Part shown: positions 54,305-64,000 of the stretch, piece by piece
How the letters are laid out: every line of letters begins with the position of its first letter
Numbering within the stretch: the first letter of the stretch is position 1
From: Rhynchobatus australiae
Taxonomy: Eukaryota
Reading direction: 5' to 3'
Assembly (NCBI GenBank): GCA_034780895.1
Contig: JAUZTB010000069.1
Coordinates: 3,005,867 to 3,069,866 of the forward strand
DNA length: 64,000 bases
Translations under genes and position numbers: made by a program
Notes under the pieces: model-generated
What the model was told of the DNA's origin: nothing
What the model saw: only the letters and a program-made list of their open reading frames with translations
Database searches by the model: none

Positions 54305-55739
54305 GTAAGGAAGTAATAACTAGGAATTTGAAATCCACATCTTAAAGTTCCTCCCCATGAAATCGCTTTTTTCATTAGATTCTACTATCCTCATTGTTTG
54401 TGGGATAACTTCAGAAGTAATCAATTCCTTGAAATGGACTCATTGCTGGGAAAGAATTTGCCCCTGTAGCTATGTTCTTAAAAAGAAAAAGATAATAAAC
54501 CCATGCAGACATGCATTATATATCCTTCTGGAAAATTGTGGGTTTTTTTTTTGTTTTCTATGCATTTTAATTGCTGAATATCATTTGGTCTATTTCATAG
54601 TAGATGCGCAATGCTATATAAATTTATTAGTTTAAAAGTATAATTAGTTCTTGGTGCAGTTATATTTTTACTGAACTTGGTATAGCATAGCAAACAGCAT
54701 AAGTGTTTGCTTGTAAATTACTGAAAAATTAATGGATGTGTGAATGATGCACATCATTGCTAATACATAAACAGACCAAGCAACTAATGGAACAGAAGAA
54801 TTGCCCAATAATTTTGAATCACTTAAGTTATTGGCTGGTTTTTTTTGCACCACTCTCTCATTACTTTCACAGAATCAACATCTAGCTCTTTCATTTTCAT
54901 TTAACTTGTTTTGTATTTAAACTTTCCACAGAATGGGAGTCTAATAGTAACAAGCTAAATACACCTTTAACATCATAATTGTTGATGACTGCCAATCAAC
55001 CTCTCATTTAAAAATAACAAAAAAACTTCTGTCTTCTACCTTTCTCCCACCTTTACTGCACCTGATGTGACATTATATGTCCTTGCTCTGATTCCACCTA
55101 ATCAGTACTTCCATTTTATTTCTCAATCCTTGAATCTCGTTCATTAAAGGGGGTGCACAGTTCATCCTGTTGTCCACTAGATCTTGTGTATCCTGGGCCT
55201 TCTCACAGTTATCAGCTGACTTTTCTAGCAACTTTGCTGGCAAACTATTTCGGAGACATTGTTACAAGAATAAGGCTTTGTGAGATGCCATTGTCCACTG
55301 AACTCTGGGGCAACACATTTAAAGCAAAACTCTGCTCCAGAACCCTGGCTAAGATTTGATGTTTACTTTGTTATATTTCGCATGACAAACAAAAAGAAAA
55401 TGGATGTACTTGTCCCTTTAGTCATTTACTCCAGATAGTAACTTTTTTAATGTACGTTGCTAATAGACTTTTGTTCTACTTGGGTTTTTTTTTGTCCTGT
55501 AGTCCAGAACATAAGGAATCAATAGGAAGTGTATATTTTGCCACCATGGCAAATAAAATCAATCAAAAAGTTCATAATTGTGATTGAAGCAGGGTAAAGG
55601 GGCTTAAATTCATTTGCCATTGCATTTGCAGCCTTTTGTGAAGAAGTGTTCCAGCTTTCCTGATTAAAGTATCCCCCTCAAATCTATTTATCATTCTAAA
55701 TATCTTCAGTCTGCTGTAGATCTTTGGGAGTATGTATTA

Positions 55740-56400
55740 TTGAAGTTTGTGGCACAGCAAGCAGCCATTCAGCTATTGTGTCCATGCTATTTAGGCTTTT
55801 CTCCACGTCCAAGCTCTGAGTGCAGCTTTGTAGTCATGGGATTCAAATGCTTATTCAGGTAATTTTTAATGCATTGAAAGTTTTTGCCTCTTGTTAAGTG
55901 CCAGACACCCATGACTCTTGGCAAAATCAAAGATCTCCTATCTCCCCTCTCATCCTTCTACCAGTTATCTGTATCTCCTAGTTATTCACTTCCACTGGTC
56001 ACTCTGCCTCAGCTTTGCTTTATTTATTTATTTATGTTTTCCCGTTGACCTGCTTTATTCCAAATGAAAAAGTCCCAGCCTTACCAATCTTTCCTCATAA
56101 CTAACATTCTCCAGCGCTGACAACATCTTGTGAATCTCCTCCTGCGCCCTCTAGTATCATCACACATCTGGTGTAGTGGTGACCAGGACTGTACATGGTA
56201 CTCTAAGTTTATGGGGCTTGTCTTCATAATTTAAGCAGCACTGGACCCATTTCAAGGTCTTTTATTCTTCCTGGAGTGTAATGCCTAGAACTAAACTTGG
56301 TGCCCAGATGTGATCTGACCAGGGCTCTGTCAACCTGAAGCCTAATTTCTTTTCCTTTTTTATTTCAAACAACTTTGAGATGAAGATGATCCATGGAATG
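55740..56400 (-). mobile_element. Degenerate CR1-like fragments
   Basis: tcttgtgaatctcctcctg, gtggtgaccaggactgtac motifs, as in the other - strand CR1 copies. Confidence 0.6.
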
Positions 56401-56604
56401 ACATTTCTTTAGGATCTTTATACCTGTACCAGCTTTTGTGGTACACTGTTGCATAAAATGCCTTGGAATGCATACTGTTCAACTGCATGTTATTAAACAA
56501 TTATTCTCTTTTTTTAATTACATTTAACATCTTACTATACTTAAGTACTTGCAGTCGGTTCTTCTGTTGGGCAGGCAATTATAAACTTGTTTGCTTACTA
56601 ATAG

Positions 56605-56697
56605 AGGGAATTTACAGAAGTTTCTGCAGATGACCAAGATATAGAATTGGAGCTTTCTGCTTTGGATACTGATGCTGACCAAGATGAAGGAATAGAG
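56605..56697 (+). CDS. RC3H2: Roquin-2 coding exon 17 (acidic DIELELSALDTD motif)
   Basis: taatag|AGG; REFTEVSADDQDIELELSALDTDADQDEGIE|gtaggg; 93 nt. Confidence 0.85.
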
Positions 56698-57933
56698 GTA
56701 GGGATCTGATCATTATATATAGAGCACCTATTATGATGTTACAAAGTGCCTTGCAGCCAGTAAAATACTTTTGAAGTGAAGCCACTAGTGCAATTTAATT
56801 AGCTGTCAATTTGGATAAAAGTAACCCCCCCCCATAAACAGCATGGTGATCTTTTGGTGATCCCAGTTGAAGGAATAAATATCAGCTAGCCCACCAGGGA
56901 AATGGCCCCACCCACCACTTTCCTGAGCGCAAATAGCTCCTCAGCTTTAAAATATCATCTGAAAATGCACAAATGTCAACTTATGATCAAGTCCACAAAA
57001 TGAGACTGGAATCCACAGCTATCAGTGTTAGAAGTGAGATGCTGTCAACTGCTCCACAGCTGATAGTGGGGTTTGAATTTTGTTTTAACTGTAGGTAATC
57101 AATTTAATCAGTTTTGCACTGAAATACCAGTGTACAAGTGAAAAAAAAGTTACTTCTTGAATCAGAATAATATTTTGACAGAAAAATGAAATACCATTTG
57201 CATGTGTTCCCAGTTGCTATGTGACACAAATGGAATGAGATTCTGAATAACTTCAAAGACTGAAGAATAGTCTTAATACTCATACTTTTTTTGCATGCTA
57301 AGCCCTGAAATTTTATATTTTGAACAGGATAAAGCATAAAACTGTCTTTCAAATTTGGGTTAACTTATTTACTAGTAACTAGGTCCTTTTTGAAAGAACC
57401 ATGATTCGCCTTGCACAGGTTTTACTGGTGATTTTAATCTACATTTTTAGCTTTTGGATTCCTTATCCCTTTTACCTACAGCTGCAGGAATTTTGAACTT
57501 TAATGTTTAACAGACTAGATTGCAGAGAATGTGTACAGAAATAAATTGTGCAGTTGCAAAACTGAAATCCAATAGTGCTTGATGCTCAAAATCTTCCTGG
57601 AACTATTATGGTAATTTGTGTTCAAATAAAGCCACTGTAAATGGTTTAGGATTTTGGAAACATTGCATTTGTGTCAATGAGTTCTGCTTGAGGGTATATA
57701 TTCTGAAGCCTCAGTTAGTAGAGGTGACCAACCTATGTGGTTTTTATTTTGCAAAAGGTTATACCTGCAAACTTAGTGAAGGAGATGGGTGCAAAACTGT
57801 TTTAAGTGAGATGGATTTGACTAAAATGTTCTGTGATATTTGCTAACTGCAAATCTTATTTTGTATGTTCAACTTCTATCCAATGAAATTTGTATCAGGC
57901 TTAAAACAATATTTTTCCTGTTTGTTCACATAG

Positions 57934-58061
57934 GATGTTCTGGTTATTGGCTCCCAAGGAGATCTGACTGATGACATAATGTCTGAAAATGGACATCATA
58001 AGCACCAAGGTAAAGAGCAGGAGGAGCAGGGTCGCAGGATTGCAGAGCAGATTGCGATCAA
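57934..58061 (+). CDS. RC3H2: Roquin-2 coding exon 18 (probably penultimate)
   Basis: acatag|GAT; DVLVIGSQGDLTDDIMSENGHHKHQGKEQEEQGRRIAEQIAI; AA|gtaaga; 128 nt open frame; SQ.D...ENGH resembles the Roquin-2 C-terminus. Confidence 0.8.
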
Positions 58062-60539
58062 GTAAGAATCATAAAATTATGGCATTTTTCAATTAAACAA
58101 CTTTATTTCCTTAAAGTTTGGATTTCCAAATCTTGCTGATCTGGAGATAGAATGAGAGAAGTCTGCAAACTGTTTAGAAAAATATGCAACCACAGTGAAA
58201 TTGTACCATTGAATGATTTCACTTAGCTCGTGATTAACTAAAATGTGATCTGGATTTTGCAGTAAGCCATTTGTGCTCGCAGCTGATCTCCAGACTAAAT
58301 CCACACTTCCTCATCTTGTTGAAACCAAGGCAACTAGATCCTCGGAAATGAGGGCCTGTACCATGTACTTCCACACATGAATCTAGTTGTATTTATTTTT
58401 CTATATATTGATTTAGGGTTTTTTTTAACATATATAATAAATCTGTTTTCTTCCCTTTTTTGTTTTATACTTTTTTCATTAACTAAGAGATCATTGGACC
58501 TTGTTTATTTTTTATATTTTATTGTATGGTTATCTAAGATTTGAGTGATAACCAGATCTCTTTGTAAGATATGTACAAACTTTGATGCTATGTATAATTT
58601 TGTATTGATTTGAAAACTAATAAAAAGATTGAAAAATAAAGAATTGAGTTGTAGAGGATGGGAGTGAAGATGGGGATAGACTAAACCCAATCCACAGAAC
58701 ATGTTGGAAAAGATATTTGGGTGGCCAAACTACACCCTGGCTTAGCTAGCCGCCAAAGCTATTTAAATACTGCTTCTGACTTCTAAAAACACTAAAAATA
58801 TTAACCAAATATGAAAAAAATTTTTAAAAATGTAAATTCTAAACAATCCTAAAATTCAACGCCCTTTTGCTATTCTTCTCCAATGTGGCACAGATTATTT
58901 GAGCATATCTTCTGTGTAATGGTTGGAGATTAACCACAACTACATTCATCCGTGGACTGGACAAGAAGCATAGTCATGAAAACATTGGCTAACAGCTATC
59001 AGGGATATACAGAAAACTGCTGGTAACCCTCAGCAAGTCTTGACTGTAGAAAGATGGAAGTGACAAGACTGTTAAAAAGAAGAGTGGCAGCAATACAGAT
59101 TGTGAAGTGGGTGGGAAAGCTTAAACTGGCTAATTGCAAAGCAGCCTCTTGCAGATACATCAAGTTATGGATTTTAAGAATAAAGCTAGTGAACATTCAG
59201 TGAAGCATAGGGTAATAGAGACAGACACAAGGAAATTATATTCAACAAATGTACCATGTTCATAAAATGTATTTTTAAAATGTGTTCTGTGGGGTGGCAG
59301 GTGCAAGTTTAGGCATTTCTGAGAAAAATCAATGAATGAGTGTATATACGTATAATAGGAAAATAAGGTGTGGAGTAAAGAAGCTTAAGAATTCAAATGT
59401 GTAATTCCCTAACAGTGCATGTGTTGGTAAATAACACTATAATAAAGGCCAATAACTTTGTACGTAGAGGGTGGGATAATGGAGACAGAGCATTGCACCA
59501 TTCAGTGAAAAATTTGCTTACTATGTGGCCAAATAAGGCAGAGCTACGTAGAGAGTGCTGGATAACAAGATTGGGTTTGTAATGCTTTGGAAGAGCAGGC
59601 TAATCAGTCTCCTGAACTTTTTTATTGGTCTGTGATATCAAAAACGAAGTTCCCTGCTCTCTGCTCCTTTTTCTGGAACCATTTCCTTTCAATGTTCAGC
59701 ATGTCACTGACAGAATCATAAGTACCATAGACCGTTATGAAATAAAGTGATGACTACACAGATTGTCTTGAGTGGGAGGGGAGGATAGGCTATAACACAG
59801 TAGAGTCCACAGTAGCAAACACATTCATGTTTAGTGGAGGTTTTGGAAATGTGAAGTGAGGGACAAGTACAGTAGTGACTCTAAATATGCAGAGCAGGGT
59901 GCAACAAATGATCAACAGAATCAATAAGGGATGGAATGGTACTTCTGTGTGGCAAGCTGTATTCATTTTTTCATGTCCTGACCCTTCCCGATCAAAAGAT
60001 ACTTATGAATCTGCTCAAANNNNNNNNNNNNNNNNNNNNNNNNNNNNNNNNNNNNNNNNNNNNNNNNNNNNNNNNNNNNNNNNNNNNNNNNNNNNNNCAC
60101 TCAGAATTATCAAAAATGTACATGATTGGTCACTACTACATTTGTGTTTGTGGGAATCTGCTCTGTGTGTATATCTTTGTTGTGCAATTTCCTACACTTC
60201 CACATTGCATTTCAGAAGTGCGGCACAGGTTGCAAAATACTTTGAGATATTCAGAAAGGGGTATAAATGGTGTATAAATGTCTTTTGACAGTTTTTTTTA
60301 AATGTAATATTAAAAATCTGTCAAACAATTTACACAGCATGTTAATACAGAATTTTAGTGCTGCAAAATAAATGAATTGTACTGTTGATAGTTTGATTAA
60401 GGTGCTGCACAACATGTGAAAATTTGCTGGTTTACACCAGAGGCCTTGGCCAGTGTGCATTCCCAGTTGTGATCTTGGAATTCAATGAAATTATTGTGTG
60501 AGATATCAAAACAAACAGGCAGTTTTTATGGATAAATAA

Positions 60540-62524
60540 ATAGGACAGAGGCGGCTAAGGTAGGTGTGAGACCTCTAGAGAATGAAACCAGTGAATTTGT
60601 AATAAGAGGCAAAAGGCAGATGTGTGAAATCAATTTTTTGTAAAAGTCTTCATTGTGGAGGACACTGAAAACATCCTTAAGATAACAGGGGCTAATTTTG
60701 AATAACTGGGAGGAACTTGCAAAAATCCCAGTCAGAGGGGATAAAGTATTAGTGAAACCCACAGGGCTAAAGGCAGTCGAATCACCAGGACCCGACGGCC
60801 TGCACCCAAGGGTTTTGAAGGAAGTGACTGCAGAGATAGTGAACCCATTGGTTGAAATTTCTCAGAACTGGCTAAATTCCTTGAGGGTCCAAGAAGATTA
60901 GAAAATAGCAATGTTGACCCCCCTTCTTCAAAAAGGCAAGAAGATAGAGGGCAGGGAATTATAACATTTATTGTTGGTAAAGTGCTAAAGTCAATAATCA
61001 GAGGAAATAACTAACCATTTAGGAAAACTGAATATAATCAACATGGTTTTATGAAAGGTAAGTTATTTTTGACAAATTTGCTCAAATTCTTTAAGGATAT
61101 GACATGGAGAGTTGACAGAAGGGAACCAGTAGATGTGTATTTAGATTTCCAAAAGTTATTTGACAAGGTGCCACCTAAGAGGCTGGTGCACAAGTTAACA
61201 GCCCAAAACATTGGAGGAAGTGTATTGGCATGGATTGAAAACTGGCTGTCACATAGAAAGCAGTTGGAATAAACAAGTCCTTTTCAGGCTTAAGGATGTA
61301 ATAGTGAAGTACACCAGGGATTGGTTCTTGGCCCTCAATTGTTCACTATTTACATTAATGACCTGGAGGAGGATAGGAATTGAGGTTTCAAGTTTGTCGT
61401 GAACAAAAATAGATGGAAGGGGTCATTGTGAAGAGTACGTTGTGATTCTGCAACAGAATATAGATTGAGTGATTGGGGGAAAACCTGGCAAATATAGTTT
61501 AATGTGGGGAACTGTGAGGTCATGCATTTTTGTAAGAGGAATTAAAAGGCAAATTATTATCTAAATTGAGAGAGACTGCAAATGAGTGAAGTTCAGAGGG
61601 ATTCACTAGGTGTTCTGGTGCATGAATAACAGAAGTTAGCAGGTGAGCCCTACAAGTAGTTAAGAAGGCAAATGGTATGTTGGCCTTTATTGCAAAATGG
61701 TTGAACTTTAAAAATAGGGAGGTTTTGTTAGTGTTGGAGAGGCCATACCTCAAATACTGTGTGCAGTTTTAGTCCCCTTAAAAGAAAAAGCATACAGTAG
61801 CATTGGAGGCAAACCAAAGGAGATTCACCAGACTAGTTCCTGGGACGAGAGGGTTGTCCTGCCAAGAGCAGCTAGTCAGTTGGGGCCTATATTTCTTGGA
61901 GTTTAGAATAAAAGGTGACCTTATTCAAACATAAGATCCTGAGGGGTTGACAGGGTAGATGTTGAGGTGTCTCCACTAGTGGGAGAGTCACGAACAAGAA
62001 AACATATCTGCAAAGTAAGGGGCTGGTCCTTTCAAATTGAGATCATAGACAGTCATAGAGTTGTACAGCATGGAACTGGGCCCTTCAGCCCAACTCATTG
62101 ATGCTAAGCAAGATGTCTATCCAAGCTAGTCCCGTTTGCCCAGGTTTGGCCTATATCCCTCTTAGCCTTTTCTATCTATGTAACTGTTTAAATGTCTTTT
62201 TAAATGTTGTAATTGTACCCACCTCTAAAACTTCTTCTGGCAACTTGTTTCATAAACCCACCACCCTCTGTATGGGAGAAATTTTCCCCTTGGGTTTCCT
62301 TTTAAATCTTCCTCCACTTACAAATCTATGTTTTCCAGTTTTTGGAAAAAGGACGGTGCATAGAAATTTCTCAAGTAGCAAATCTCTGGAAGTCTTTGTG
62401 CTCCTAAGGGTAGTCGAGGCCAGATCATTAGATATTTTAAGGTGGAGATAGACAAATATTTGAAAGCTCAAGGACTTGAGGGTAATGGGGAACAGGTGCA
62501 GAAGAGAAGCCAAATGGTGGGACA
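60540..62524 (+). mobile_element. CR1-like LINE ORF2 (~2 kb) with a nested - strand CR1 tail at about 62050-62350
   Basis: SPGPDGLHPRVLKE, MKGKLFLTNLLKFF, DVYLDFQKLFDKVP, VLAWIENWL. Confidence 0.92.
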
Positions 62525-64000
62525 NNNNNNNNNNNNNNNNNNNNNNNNNNNNNNNNNNNNNNNNNNNNNNNNNNNNNNNNNNNNNNNNNNNNNNNNNNNN
62601 NNNNNNNNNNNNNNNNNNNNNNNNNNNNNNNNNNNNNNNNNNNNNNNNNNNNNNNNNNNNNNNNNNNNNNNNNNNNNNNNNNNNNNNNNNNNNNNNNNNN
62701 NNNNNNNNNNNNNNNNNNNNNNNNNNNNNNNNNNNNNNNNNNNNNNNNNNNNNNNNNNNNNNNNNNNNNNNNNNNNNNNNNNNNNNNNNNNNNNNNNNNN
62801 NNNNNNNNNNNNNNNNNNNNNNNNNNNNNNNNNNNNNNNNNNNNNNNNNNNNNNNNNNNNNNNNNNNNNNNNNNNNNNNNNNNNNNNNNNNNNNNNNNNN
62901 NNNNNNNNNNNNNNNNNNNNNNNNNNNNNNNNNNNNNNNNNNNNNNNNNNNNNNNNNNNNNNNNNNNNNNNNNNNNNNNNNNNNNNNNNNNNNNNNNNNN
63001 NNNNNNNNNNNNNNNNNNNNNNNNNNNNNNNNNNNNNNNNNNNNCTTGCATTAACCATTTTGACAGTAAAATTTAACTTTAGTCAGACACTAGTTTAAAT
63101 TCCAGTGAATCTTGGAATTTGGACATCATTCTACTTAATGCTTTAAAGCAGCCTTTTATGAGTCTGTTGTGAGCCAGTGCATTAATCTAGCCATTCTTAT
63201 TCACTATGGCTAATGTGGAACGTAAATAACTCAGTTGTTGACCAGCAGGGCATTGCAGCAACACACCTGGTGAAAACTAACCATGATTTTACCTCCTCTT
63301 CAATTTCATTTATATATTTTTGTGTACAATTCACACAAAATTGTAAGAAGGTAATGGCTTGGAAAACTATTTTCGAGCTGTTATTGTAAGATTTAGTTTC
63401 ATGGCATTGTTGCACTTTTATAAGAAACTTGTTTTGTTAAATGGTGGAAGGAGGATACTTTTCACCCTTTATTTTTAAATGCATAATTAGAGTTTCAAAA
63501 TATAGTTTCCAACAAATTCCGGGTCAACAAAAGATTGACCAGAGAAATGTCTCTAGCTATGTGTTTAGCTTTATAAAAATTGCCTGATGTTTAAAAATTG
63601 GGGTGGTATAGCTGAACCAACATGTTATTGTCACATTATCTGAATAGTCAAGTTGTGCCTTAGGATGAAGCTGGAGATATGCTGTCGGATTGTCCATCAG
63701 CTACCCATTGGTTACTGTAGAAATTAAACTACTGAAGCTGGAAATACTCGGATCAGAAAACGTCTGTGGAGAGAGAAACAGTTAACATTTTAGCTGAACC
63801 AGCTCCTTGTTCTTTTCGCAGATACCAACTGATCTGAATATTTCCAGCAAATTTAATTTTGTATTTCAAATTTATAACATCTGCCATGTGCTTAGTGGCA
63901 CTTTCATCTCCTTTTTCTAATGATTCACACTAAGCAACAAAAATTCAGTCATTTTACACTTAAAAGCATTTCTTGATGCTCATAGAATGAAAAGATATCC

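Noticed and set aside
58062-64000. Terminal RC3H2 exon and 3'UTR
   Set aside because: No matching phase-2 exon recognised; it probably lies beyond the window or in a gap.

Overview
AT-rich vertebrate genomic DNA with many N gaps; the repeat content (V-SINE/HE1-like SINEs, CR1-like LINEs) suggests a cartilaginous fish, which is an inference. The window lies within one + strand gene, RC3H2 (Roquin-2: RING, ROQ, CCCH zinc finger, Pro-rich region). I mapped 18 GT-AG coding exons from the ATG at 12313 to 58061. Phases are consistent at every visible junction; the donor of exon 4 is lost in a gap, and neither the terminal exon nor the promoter is visible. Introns contain decayed CR1-like and Rex1/Babar-like LINEs, V-SINEs and a family of short palindromic elements with degenerate hammerhead-ribozyme-like cores. 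The best leads are that element family, a 2.9-kb composite block splitting a CR1 (transduction or misassembly), two candidate poison exons, a candidate C/D box snoRNA, a uORF, and an apparently missing C-terminal exon. None is demonstrated without computation or RNA data. Repeat boundaries are approximate.
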